64,000 nucleotides of DNA from Macrostomum lignano. Its lineage: Eukaryota. Of the stretch, positions 1-20,619 are shown piece after piece; the stretch's first letter is position 1, and the number at the start of each line of letters is the position of its first letter. The notes below the pieces were generated by a model. That model searched no databases. It saw only the letters and a list, made by a program, of their open reading frames with translations, and had not been told where the DNA came from. The position numbers and the translations under genes are program-made. Where the stretch lies: positions 124,001 through 188,000 of the forward strand of contig NIVC01001130.1 in NCBI GenBank assembly GCA_002269645.1. The letters are read 5' to 3'.

Positions 1-194
1 CAAATACGTTTGATTTGATTCACCTCTGAAAACACAGATAAACTAAAACATAAAATGCGAGCTAGGTACTCAGTAAAGTGTAGTTTTAATGGATATTGCA
101 ATATATAATGCGTGAAAACTATTTTGCTTTACAGGCACTCAATGCGACAGTCGGTGACCCACAGTCAGCGAGGAGCAGGAGGGCAAAAACGCAC

Positions 195-8920
<8,726 letters not shown>

Positions 8921-10485
8921 CTAATAAAATAAAATTAGATAAATATAAACTGCAATTATTGCTGCTCAAATATGCACAATATGTTCAAAGAGTCCTTACC
9001 CAGAGGCATGGCTAGATTAGTCAGCAATAAAAACTTCCATTGAGTTGTTGAACAAAAAATACTGGAAAAATAAACTTTGCCTTATGTATTAAGAAATAAT
9101 GGCATTTATTGTGATGGCCCTAAATAAAAATTGATAAATTCTATTTTTATTCTATTTAGTATAGCTATAAAATATTGACATTTTTATTTGTTAGAAACCA
9201 TACCAGATTCAAAAAAGCATTTTTGTTTGGAACCTAATCTAACTATAGTTTGGGTTTACATAAATATTATCTTTCTAAGTTTTAAGCATATTAGTTATAA
9301 ATAGTGTTAGCTATAGACATAGGCCCTAAGACTCAAGTAAGGAAATTAAGGAAAAAAATACTAAGAAATTAGAATGCATCTGTTAACTTAGTTAACTTTT
9401 TCTAACAATACTCAACTATATCTATGACTGCTATTTAGTACTTGGCCTAATATGAGTATTAATACTAAATCTCCCTAAAATTACAAAAAATATTGCACAT
9501 ATATAAAGAAAAATAAGTGGCATATAAAATGTACATGTTAGTTCAAAACAAAATTATTCAATAAGCTATACTAATAAAATGTTATTAAGAATGAAGTTTT
9601 ACATGTGGCCTTATCTTGCTTTTGATTTAAAAAATAAGCAAAAACTAAAAGTATTCTTTTATGCCAATACAAAATAAAAATGAAATAAATAATTTTAACA
9701 TTAGGTAATAGTAGAGCCTAACTATGGTTTGAGTATTTTATATTCCTAAATATATAGGAAATAAGTATTAAGAGTAAGGAAAAGTTAACAGGATTCTTAT
9801 TTTTTTAATAAAAAATGAAAATGACAATAAAAAATGAAAAGTTCTAATATTGTAATTGCCTATGTAAATAACTAAGTAGCCCTATAAAAATCTAAATATA
9901 CTAAAAAAGATGAGATGTCTGGGTATTGCAATTTTTCTCCTAGACTACTGGCAAGTTGGCGTCAAAACTTATATGGGAAAACTGAAAATTTTCTAGGTTA
10001 GACTATGGCTATAAATTTTGAAAATGTGTAGATGCAAATCAAGGGTTCAGCAAAAATGTACCAAGGGGTCACTCTCCAAAGTACATGGGCCACATCAAGG
10101 CAGGTACCTTAAAGTCACTCACAAGTGGCTATAATCCAGATCATGCTGAGATTACATAGCATGCTGAGTGCATGCCAGAATGCTCTAAACCAATGCACAC
10201 TGATGCCAAGCAAATGCACACCAACACTAATAAACTTTTTGCAGTTGTAACAATAAAATAACTTTTTACAGTAACTATATTTTATGGTGTGGCCATTTTG
10301 TGCATGGCTGTTTTGACATGGAGTCCAAGCACTGCACTGCACCATTCTAAGCATCACCTCATAGAAAATATGCCATGCTGCAAGGTCATTTTGAAAATAT
10401 GCTAGATGGTTGTCTGCCATTTAGCAACTTTTTTCTAGTAGGGATAAAACAGGATGTTTATCATTATTACTAATTAGATAATAGA

Positions 10486-11403
10486 TGAAGAGTTTGAGAG
10501 TGGTGATCAGTCACTCAAAAACTCCCACTTCTAGACACGGGGGAACAAGTGCCTAGGTATTTATCTGTTCAAATAACTTACTTCAGCGGATCCTCTTGGG
10601 GTCGGCAGCCGGTGGAGTTCTGTGGCGCGTCGGGATAGCAAGCTTGCTGAGCGGTTACGGCGACCGGTTCCGGTGAACCACTGTTTTTCTTTGGTGTCCT
10701 TAACTTTATCTGTGGGTCGACCAAACGAGAGCGAATCAGAACTTCTTAACGGTCCTCGAGCTCGGAATTCACAATAGAACGTGCGCCCTAATGAACAATT
10801 GAATTCTCTAATTTTCTGTGATAGGTCCTCCTGAAGGGCGGCTTCTTCGTTACGTCCGAAACGTAACGGATAACTCAATTAAATCAATAAATCCTCTAGG
10901 AATATCCTAGGAAACAAGGAGGCCTTTCTCAAATGTATCGACAATGAACTGCTCTCGTATACTCAATCAATCACTTTATTAGCGCTATTAACAATTAACT
11001 AAATCGGGTAAACGCTTACCAATTGGACAGGGATGGTCCCTCAGAGATTGGTCTTCTTATTTCTTCGGTGTCTTCTTAGAGACCGCTCCGAGTCTGAATT
11101 TTTGACTTGAATTTTCACTTATATTTATAGCAAAATTTTGGAGAAAAACCGGTTTGGGATTGGGTATTTACTTAGGTCAAAAATGTTTGATTAAGCGGTC
11201 ATGCATGTTTGAGCATTACCATATATGGAGTTAAACAAATACAGCTGTTGAAATCCGGTTCCTTGATCAAACAATGTAGGGTTCTAAATCATTCTGTTTG
11301 CGCGTGATTCCTAAAATAGATATGACTCATTTTGAAAGAAATTGACTTCCTTAGAATATTACTTTAAGTAGAGCATTACGGTATGGTCTAATAACTCTCT
11401 ACA
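10486..11403 (-). repeat. 3' LTR (918 bp)
   Basis: Direct repeat of 12785-13702, preceded on the minus strand by the polypurine tract. Confidence 0.95.
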
Positions 11404-11406
11404 ATA

Positions 11407-11418
11407 TCTCCCCTTTTC
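11407..11418 (-). promoter_or_regulatory. Polypurine tract of the LTR element
   Basis: Minus strand GAAAAGGGGAGA lies 3 nt before the TGTAGAG start of the 3' LTR. Confidence 0.85.
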
Positions 11419-11612
11419 ACGAAAAATTCGTCCCGAATTTTAAAGTTAAAGCGGTGAAGTGGGGTTTTATCTTCTAATAAACATGAAAATGTATTTAAGG
11501 ATTAGAAATTTTGAACCAGTAGTAGTATAGTAGATGGATAGGTAGATAGGTAGGTCACATTGTTATTGTGTTGCTTGGCAGGATGCATTGTTATTGTTAA
11601 TAGGAAAGCGTA

Positions 11613-12419
11613 TTATTCAGTATATCGTTTACTTTGGTTGTCATTATATTGTCTTGGATTGCCACGTGATCGGCAGTCTCTGGCGTAATGACCAATTCTT
11701 CCACAGGTGTAACAAGTGGGTGGCGGAGCGTATCTCTGTCGCTGTGGCATGATTGCAGAAGTTTGGTACTGCTGCATGAGTTTGCTCAATTGTTCTCCCA
11801 ATTGTGTCGTATCACTACTACGAGAAGTCAGGAGTGGGGCACTTGCTTCCCATTGCATGCCGCAACGAATTAATTGTTCCTCTGTCTCAATGGTTTCTCT
11901 TAACAACCTGTCTCGCAGCGAAGGTTGAGCATTATTAATGACATGGAGGATTAGGCTTTGTTCTTGGTCAGCAAGGCGTTGTCTTTCTCGTGCAGCTAGT
12001 TCTGCTGGTCCGATAGGCTGAGCTCCTGGGTTCGGTGGTGGTGGCTGGTGCAACGCTTTAATAATTTTGCGGACGTCATCGACGAAAGTAAGGAAGGATT
12101 CCGTCGGACTCATTTTTCGATTATGAAGTTTGTGTAGAAGCACAGATCGATTGGTTCCACATCTGGCGAATTGTGCTCTCAGTTGTGTAACTAAAGTATG
12201 ATAGTCTTGCTGTGCGGCGGCATTTAGTTTGCCATAAATTTCTCGAGCAGTACCTTCTAACAGTGGAGGAAGAAGAAGTGCCTTTTCTGGATTTTGTAGT
12301 CCGTATTCGCGAGTTACAAGGTCGAAGTGTTCAATGAAGGTGTTAAAATCTTTATCCATAGTATACATTCCAACAGTTTCCTTGACATCGCGATGCACTG
12401 TAGGGTTTCTTCGAGCCAT
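11613..12419 (-). CDS. gag: Retrotransposon Gag (capsid plus CCHC zinc knuckle), 268 aa
   Basis: First ATG at 12419 (AAAATATGG context). Capsid-like FIEHFDLVTREYGLQ...LLEGTAREIY...DYHTLVTQLRAQF, MHR-like KMSPTESFLTFVDDV, and zinc knuckle CYTCGRIGHYARDC, ending in TAA. Confidence 0.9.
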   Translation of the reverse strand: MARRNPTVHRDVKETVGMYTMDKDFNTFIEHFDLVTREYGLQNPEKALLLPPLLEGTAREIYGKLNAAAQQDYHTLVTQLRAQFARCGTNRSVLLHKLHNRKMSPTESFLTFVDDVRKIIKALHQPPPPNPGAQPIGPAELAARERQRLADQEQSLILHVINNAQPSLRDRLLRETIETEEQLIRCGMQWEASAPLLTSRSSDTTQLGEQLSKLMQQYQTSAIMPQRQRYAPPPTCYTCGRIGHYARDCRSRGNPRQYNDNQSKRYTE

Positions 12420-12765
12420 ATTTTCAAATGGGAACGGCAAGAGGACCAGATCTGGATCAATTTCCAAAGGATTTTCCAGATTGGACTTTCAAAGTGGCGA
12501 ACAAGTGTTGTGTGTGTGTGCAAGCTCTTATTTACTTAAAGGAAGAAAGGAAAATGGACACGGGGCAAAAAAAATTCTGTGTTGCCTTTACCAAAGAAAG
12601 AAATTGAGATAGGATATTCGCAAATTTAACAAAAGTATAAAACGGTGCACGAAGAATCAAAGGGTCTCTATGCAAACAATGGCGGTTCGGTAAAAAGTTC
12701 AGAAAAATTTGCGCAAAGGACTTGTGTCAAAGTACTTTCAGCGATCTAGCCTGGTAGCGCTTGAG

Positions 12766-12782
12766 CCTGGGCGAGATCACCA
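12766..12782 (-). promoter_or_regulatory. Primer-binding site of the LTR element
   Basis: Minus strand TGGTGATCTCGCCCAGG starts 2 nt after the 5' LTR and is complementary to a tRNA 3' end ...CCUGGGCGAGAUCACCA. It resembles invertebrate tRNA-Val ends (identity inferred, not checked). Confidence 0.8.
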
Positions 12783-12784
12783 GT

Positions 12785-13702
12785 TGAAGAGTTTAAGAGT
12801 GGTGATCAGTCACTCAAAAACTCCCACTTCTAGACACGGGGGAACAAGTGCCTAGGTATTTATCTGTTCAAATAACTTACTTCAGCGGATCCTCTTGGGG
12901 TCGGCAGCCGGTGGAGTTCTGTGGCGCGTCGGGATAGCAAGCTTGCTGAGCGGTTACGGCGACCGGTTCCGGTGAACCACTGTTTTTCTTTGGTGTCCTT
13001 AACTTTATCTGTGGGTCGACCAAACGAGAGCGAATCAGAACTTCTTAACGGTCCTCGAGCTCGGAATTCACAATAGAACGTGCGCCCTAATGAACAATTG
13101 AATTCTCTAATTTTCTGTGATAGGTCCTCCTGAAGGGCGGCTTCTTCGTTACGTCCGAAACGTAACGGATAACTCAATTAAATCAATAAATCCTCTAGGA
13201 ATATCCTAGGAAACAAGGAGGCCTTTCTCAAATGTATCGACAATGAACTGCTCTCGTATACTCAATCAATCACTTTATTAGCGCTATTAACAATTAACTA
13301 AATCGGGTAAACGCTTACCAATTGGACAGGGATGGTCCCTCAGAGATTGGTCTTCTTATTTCTTCGGTGTCTTCTTAGAGACCGCTCCGAGTCTGAATTT
13401 TTGACTTGAATTTTCACTTATATTTATAGCAAAATTTTGGAGAAAAACCGGTTTGGGATTGGGTATTTACTTAGGTCAAAAATGTTTGATTAAGCGGTCA
13501 TGCATGTTTGAGCATTACCATATATGGAGTTAAACAAATACAGCTGTTGAAATCCGGTTCCTTGATCAAACAATGTAGGGTTCTAAATCATTCTGTTTGC
13601 GCGTGATTCCTAAAATAGATATGACTCATTTTGAAAGAAATTGACTTCCTTAGAATATTACTTTAAGTAGAGCATTACGGTATGGTCTAATAACTCTCTA
13701 CA
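12785..13702 (-). repeat. 5' LTR (918 bp)
   Basis: Direct repeat of 10486-11403; only one substitution seen by eye (11th base, G/A). Minus-strand TATAAA at ~13423-13428 and AATAAA at ~13274-13279. Confidence 0.95.
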
Positions 13703-13964
13703 TAGATAATATAAAAGTAATTTATTTAAGTCTTAGCAATAAAAAACTGTTAATATCAATATATTATTAAATTAATAGTTCATAATTTTTATACTAAAAT
13801 ATACTTTGGGCCATGTCTAGACTATAGCATAAGCTATAAAAAATTAAACCTTATTAAAATATTGCCTTTGAGATTAAAGAGGAGAGAGAGAGAGGGAAAA
13901 GAGGAGAGAGCAAGAGAAATGAAAGAAGAGAAACAGGCAAGAAAAGTGATATACAAAGTGAAAA

Positions 13965-14325
13965 TTAAGTCGCAATCGGGAGGAACTAAGTCGCAATCCA
14001 GAAGAACTAAGTTGCAATTGGGAGGAACTAAGTTGCAATTGGGAGGAACTAAGTCGCAATTGGGAGGAACTAAGTCGCAATCAGGAGGAACTAAGTCTCA
14101 ATCAGGAAGAACTAAGTCACAATTGGGAGGAACTAAGTGGCAATCAGGAAGAACTAAGTCGCAATCAGGAGGAACTAAGTTGCAATCAGGAGGAACTAAG
14201 TCTCAATCAAGAAGAACTAAGTCGCAATCGGCAGGAACTTAGTCGCAATCGGCAGGAACTAAGTTGCAATCGAGAGGAACTAAGTCACAATCAGGAGGAA
14301 CTAAGTCGCAATCGAGAGAAACTAA
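13965..14325. repeat. 21-bp minisatellite
   Basis: Unit GGAGGAACTAAGTCGCAATCA; explains ORFs 13862-14242 and 13874-14080. Confidence 0.92.
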
Positions 14326-16633
14326 GTAGTCTTGAATCCCATATTCTAAATCGTCTTAAAATCCTCTGTAAAGCCTTTCAAATACCATATTTTGTTTTCC
14401 TGTTTGCAAAAACTGTCTTCCATTGTCCAGACTCAGACTCTCATGTCTCCTTTGCATTCTTGCCGTTACTCTCTCTATTATTACTCTCCCTCTTTATTTA
14501 TCTCTTCTCCCTCGTGTTTCGTCTGTACCCTCTTCTCTCTAATCTTTAATGTGTCATCTCTAATCTGTCCTCTCTCATATCTACTCTCTTTTCTATCATC
14601 TCTCCTTTTTTGTTCACTCTTCTCTATACTTTCTCTTTTCTGACTCATTTAATGTGCCAAATCCATTGAAATCCTCTCTGTAAAAATGAGCTCTATCAAA
14701 ATCTCTTCATGAGACTGAACTTCATCAAAATCCCTTTTGATAAACTACAAATATATCTTTTTCTCGGAGGACTCTCACTTCTTTGGCCATCAGTCTCAGT
14801 CTCGGAATCTGAGTCCAAATGAATGGCTGTATTGTGGTTGGATATCAGCATCAATTGATGGTCAAGTTTCTATAGCAATAGATTTAGCATGAGCAGTGCG
14901 CTGTCGTACAAATTCTGTCTCAAGACTTCTAGTTTCTTCTTTATTTCAAAAACAGCTTCTCAGCTAACATTACTCGAGAAGAATAATGTCATTGCATCTG
15001 CACCATGAATTTCAATTTTTTGCATTCTGCATAGATAGATCTCTGTTAAAAGCAACAACCTCTGGATTTTGCACTGCCATTAACAGTCCCTCTCTGTGTG
15101 AGCTTGCTGAACATTGGGATGGTGGTGCATGCTTCTAGTTCCCTTGAATGTGCTGCAGCTGCACCATCAACTGATCCCCCAGGCTGCACTTAAGATTGCT
15201 GGTAAATTTTCTTCTAATATCCAATGCGTACCACAACAATCATTAACTTCTCCAGGAGTTACATGACCAAGTTTCCATTGTGTAAAGAGCAATGGCTTTT
15301 GCTCTTCAGCTGCAGAAAGGAGATACTAGTTGATGGAATAGTCTTCATGACCATTTTCATTCCATTCATGTGCAAGATTCAATACATAGTCAGGTGCAAG
15401 TCTATCTTTAAGTGAAGTATATAATGACTCAAAGAACGTACACCTATATATATATATAGGTGTACATATGAGTGTATATATACAAGTTAGTTTGCCAGAC
15501 ATACAGTACAGTATGTAGGGAGTATAGCCTACAGGGTATAGGCTACAATGCAGTTTAGTACTGCATAAGTGAATAAGTGAATAATAAATAAATCGGGAAA
15601 GAGAGTGAAGGTAGGAAAAGAAAAGAGAAATGAGGTACTTCCATTTTTCAATAAGTGTGCTACCCCTCCCCCTGGTCTTTCAGTGTGGTGGCACATAGGT
15701 AAGTCGCAAATCTGGACAAAACTAAGTTGCACTGGACAGGTGAAATTTTGAGGGAGGTTGGCCATGTATGTATCTATAATGAAGGTTATACTTGCTTTAT
15801 TGATCAATATATAGGCCTAAATATTTTAGCAATAGAAATTTATTTAATTCTATTGTTCTGTTGTTTTATATATTTAAATTTAATTTAAGTAGGCCTATTT
15901 ATTTAACTATTTATTTATTAACATTAGTATCAAGTCCTAAATATATTGTCAAATAGAAAAATTATAAAGCTACTAGACCTTATTTCATAATTAGGCCTAA
16001 ACTTTAAATTGATATTTAATTTGTTTAATAGAAACTGCTTTTAGTTTTTAGCTATATTTAAGTCTTTAAAGCTTAAATTAAAAAATGCTATTAAAGTTCT
16101 ATTATATTGAATCAAAATAATAAAATTACTAATAAAATAACAACTTAGACTCTAAATAAACTTATATAATATAGAATATATATATAGGCCTATTTTAGAG
16201 ATAATTAGAGATATCTTTCACTAAAGCATAAGACACTTTTTCTAGTCTTTTCTAAATTTTATATCTTAATTATAGTTTTTGAAATTAGATCTAATTCTAA
16301 TATTAATTCAAGATTTCTATTTTAGTAACCAATAGTATATACTAGAATTTATTTTGAAGACCCATAGCACCCAGCCTAGAGAAAGGGGTATAAAGGGGAT
16401 TTTTATTTGAAATTTTAAAGGGAGACTAGAGGGGATAATTTTTTCTTTGAATTATTTTGGCAAAGGGACCTAGGCCCCCTTCTCATGGCTATGCCATTGT
16501 ATGTAATATTCTATAGCATTAATAGTTACTAATAGCCAAGCAAAAAAGCCATTTAAATAGGGCATTTATTATTTGCCTAATGACTAGATGAATAGCAAAA
16601 TGGTTTTTATTTTGGTTACTAGACAAATAGCTA

Positions 16634-17698
16634 CACCATTTTACCTCCTATTTTAAACAAAGTCTTGTTCAAAAGAAACAAGCAGAACTTCAATTCAAAC
16701 ACTTTAAGAAATAACAGCCCTTGCGGAAATTCAAATTAAACAAAGTCCTTTTCTATTGACATAGAAGAACTTCAATTCAGACTGTCTATGGCCAAAATTT
16801 TCCCCAAATGACGCACATGCGCAGATTTGAAATTGAAAAGAAACAAAGTCATATTCTATTTCAACAGAGATTTTTGCACATAGATACAAGTACATTTTAG
16901 TACATTAATCTACAGTGTGCTATTGTTTTAAGCAACAGTGACAGAGACTGTATCATCAGGGCTGCTGTTTGTGGGGATGACTTGTGGAACTGGCGCACCA
17001 ACTTGGAGTCAAGAGGTCAATGGCAAATACGATTGAGAGGTCAGGGAGAGTGGAAAAGCAGTCTAAAAGATTGCGGACACCATTCAGGTCAAGCAGCTTC
17101 CATCATACAGTCCATTTTTTAGTCCTGTAGAGAACTCAATCTCCTGTTAGAAGGACACTCTGAAGAGAAAACTGGCAGCAGACCAGCAAAACTTCATTGC
17201 TCCAATAGCTAAGCAGCATGGGAATCAATCAATGGCGGTCTATTGGCGAGACATTCTGTACAACTTAGTGGACAGAACCATTGGCTTCATCTCTGTGGAC
17301 AAATGCATTGAGTGGTTCAACCATGTGTTTACATACATCCCTCGCTGCGTTGGTAGATAGGCAATTAATGGTTATTGGTTAGATGTCTCAAGTTGGCCAA
17401 CTGACACTGTCTTGTTTCTGTTTTTCATTTTATTCTTGTGTTAGTCAATATGCTGTGTTTTATTCCTTTGTTGAAATAGAATATGACTTTGTTTTTTTGA
17501 ACTTCAAATCTGCGCATGTGCATCACTTGGGGACAACTTTGGCCATAGACAGTCTGAATTAAAGTTTTTCTGTTTCAACAGAAAGGGACTTTGTTTGATT
17601 TGAATTTTGCAAGGGCTGTTATTTCTTAAAGTGTTTGAATTGAAGTTCTGCTTGTTTTTTTTAACAAGACTTTGTTCAAAATAGGAGGTAAAATTGTA
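16634..17698. mobile_element. Non-autonomous TIR element with ~230-bp TIRs and TA duplication (Tc1/mariner-type MITE)
   Basis: 16634-~16865 is the reverse complement of ~17465-17698 (CACCATTTTACCTCC...GGAGGTAAAATTGTA). TA flanks both sides, and an empty-site copy of the host repeat is at ~18670-18710. Confidence 0.8.
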
Positions 17699-18813
17699 TA
17701 TTATCATTATTTATCTAGTTTATATTAAACAAATAGCAATTTTATGTTTGTCTAGTTAAATTGCTAGCATAAGTGTCTCTTTGTTTAGTGATAAATATTT
17801 TAGATTTTTAAGATCCTTTCTTGTATCTTAATTAATATTTTGTTATACTATTGTAAGCAAAGCATATGTGTATGCAATTAGGCTTATAGTTGGTTACCCT
17901 ATTGGAATAAATGTCAAAAACTAACAGATATACACTTTAGAAAAAAGTCAAATTATTTTACTGCACTTTAAGATTATTAGAAATCATTCTACAATCAAAA
18001 TTTGCTAGCTTTTCAAAATTGTAATTGAAAATTTTTGAAATCAAAATTCAGAAAAACAAAGTTTAGTATGACTAAAACTCACCTTTTTACTCTTGATTTA
18101 CTGCTTATGCAAAACAAAATACATGCATATATAGCAAAATTTAGTTTATTTTTAGCCACTCTTTTGCACACTTCCAAAATTTTGACTTCCAAATATTTTC
18201 AAAATCAAATTTCACTCTTAAAAATTCCAAATTTTGGAAAATCAAAATTTAAATTTTGGAACAACTTTAAGCATTATATGAGAAATTATGAGTCTATAGG
18301 CCCCTTCCACAAAGGTATTAGACTCTTCCATGTAGGCCCCCTATATTTATTTGCTAGAGCAGTAGCCAGCAGCCAGCAAGAAAAAGCAGCACATGCGCAG
18401 GCATATGCTGTCTGCAATTTTACAACTTTTTTTAAAGGGGTTGCTTAAACTTTTTTCTTTTATATTTATAATTAATTTGATTTTTATAGGTATAGATTAA
18501 GTAAAAAACTAATCACAATGTAAGACACATGCTAATATAACAATATAATAATCAAGATTTAGATAAAAATAGTTACTAGGGCCTAATAGCCTAGCAAAAA
18601 AGCCATTTAAACAGGGCATTTATTATTTGCCTAATGACTAGATAAATAGCAAAATGGTTATTATCTTGGTTACTAGACAAATAGCTATTATCATTATTTA
18701 TCTAGTTTATATTAGACAAATAGCAAATTTATGTCTGCAATTTTAGGTATAATCTTTATTTAAAGTCCTAAAATATTCAATTAATTGTAAAATTGGTATA
18801 ATTAATATTATCC

Positions 18814-19407
18814 GGCGATTTTCCTCTTTGGTTTGTTAAATTATTTTTTCGATTTGAATCGGTGCGTAGACGCGAAAAAGTGACGTGGCAGCATTTGAAA
18901 TTGTGCCTATTGAAAAAATGATGTGGCAGTAGTGGAAAGGACATGGGGTTGCTGCTGACACATGTCTATGGCACTACTCACCTACTCAGTTCGTGGCAGA
19001 GTATAGGCACTCGCTCCTTGCTCCCCTTCCCACTCTCGCATGAGCTTTGACTTATCGCATTGAGTCTTCACTTGTTAAATTTTATTAAATTTTACTCGAA
19101 CTGCAACATGGCTGGGCGCCCAGCGGCACCTACATTCATCGTCCCTCCTGGACAACTGCGTCCCTCGCTGGAGCTGTGCGACATAAACTTTACGATGCGC
19201 GAGCTGGCCAACATCACCCAGACGCCTAGAGACTGCATCAACTGGATGGCAACCTTCCATCTTCTGGCCAACCAACAGACATGCATCCAACTTTCCGAGA
19301 AAAATTTAAGTCCCAGCACCCATTACTGTCGTTTTCTGACATTACTCAGTAGTCACAACTTGTTTCTGTCGAAAAAATAATTTAACGAACGAAAGAGGAA
19401 AATCGCC
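18814..19407 (+). mobile_element. Internally deleted Merlin (IS1016/IS1595-related) DNA transposon
   Basis: 39-bp TIRs GGCGATTTTCCTCTTT(G/C)GTT(T/C)GTTAAATTATTTTTTCGA; perfect 8-bp TSD TATTATCC (18806-18813, 19408-19415). N-terminal transposase-like fragment from ATG 19108 (TPRDCINWMATFHLLANQQTC). Confidence 0.82.
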
Positions 19408-20619
19408 TATTATCCATTTATTTAGACAAACAACAAAATTCCTAGGCCCTATATAGGTCTATTTGATAAATATTAACTAGATGAATAATGAAACATGGCT
19501 ATTTATCCATTAACTAGGCAAATAACCATATTGCTATTATTATTGGTCTGGTCACTAGACAAATAACAACTGCCTTTAATTTAAATAGGCCCACTTATAA
19601 AAATGTAGGCCTATGGCTATAAATATTAAAAAATAAGAATAGTACTAGGCCTATGCTATATTTTCATTTTTGTGTCTAACAAAAATAGTTGGCAAACATT
19701 AGACCTAAAAAAGGTTTTGAGTGTTTCATTGACACTGGTTTTTATGTAACATTGACCTGCCAAAATAACTCATATGTTACCTAACTAAATCATCAAAATT
19801 CTAGTCTAGACCAAGGCATAATGATTAGGCCTACTGTCACTGACTTGACTAAGAACAGCAACAACGAGTCTATCTTAGTAGGACTAGGACCTTTGTTGAT
19901 CATTAGGCCTAAGCCGCCTAATTAATATTGGTCCTGTTTTATCCGTTTTGACCTACTAGTAGTTCAATGCTTTCAAAAGTATAGATTCGAATGGTTCTGA
20001 GTCCTATCGTATGCCTACACATAGACTATGGGAAGGGAATAGAGAAATAAGAAATGCCTACAGCCTACTGTACTATCTGTTATTAGGCCAAGGCCTACAA
20101 CTCAAAATTCCAACCAACCAAAAGAGACCAACCAAAATTCATCGAACTAGGTCCATTGGCATAAGCCCCATTAACTAACGACATCAAGTTGAGATTATTT
20201 ATAGATAAAAATGCATCGCCAGAAAGAAGTTAAGCCTAGTCATCATATAACTTATGCATTAGCATATTTGGCTCCAAGTCCGGTGATTTTGTAACTCGTT
20301 TGAATTGCCAAATAATTTTCGTGGAAATAAAAAGAATCTTTAAAATTTAGTTAAAGTATATAACAACATAATTCGCATGACTAAGCGTAACTATTTAAAA
20401 AAGTAGGCCACTATTTTTTTCTTTTTTTACTGTGTTATTCTTCTGCACATACATTTCTTTAATGCTAATTAGACAAGTCGGCCCCCACTCATTAACATGG
20501 CGAAGGAAAATGACACCTCAAAGACCACTTTGGAGTATTGAGACTATTGTGTAAGGTTCACAAAACGTGGTTTAAAATGTTTCAGTGCTTGTTGAGAATA
20601 GTTATCTGCCTATCCTCAT

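Larger units (their letters stand above)
10486..13702 (-). mobile_element. Intact non-autonomous gag-only LTR retrotransposon (Ty3/Gypsy-like)
   Basis: Two 918-bp LTRs (10486-11403, 12785-13702) with TG...CA ends; 4-bp TSD TAGA (10482-10485, 13703-13706); PBS, PPT and one gag ORF in a 1381-bp interior; no pol. Confidence 0.93.

Noticed and set aside
10115-10420. 101-aa minus-strand ORF as the missing first RhoGEF exon
   Set aside because: No similarity, no phase-1 donor identified, and composition like decayed repeat DNA.
10561-10878. 105-aa ORF present in both LTRs (also 12860-13177)
   Set aside because: Starts at TTG, has no recognisable domain, and is duplicated only because the LTR is; non-AUG translation cannot be excluded but is unsupported.
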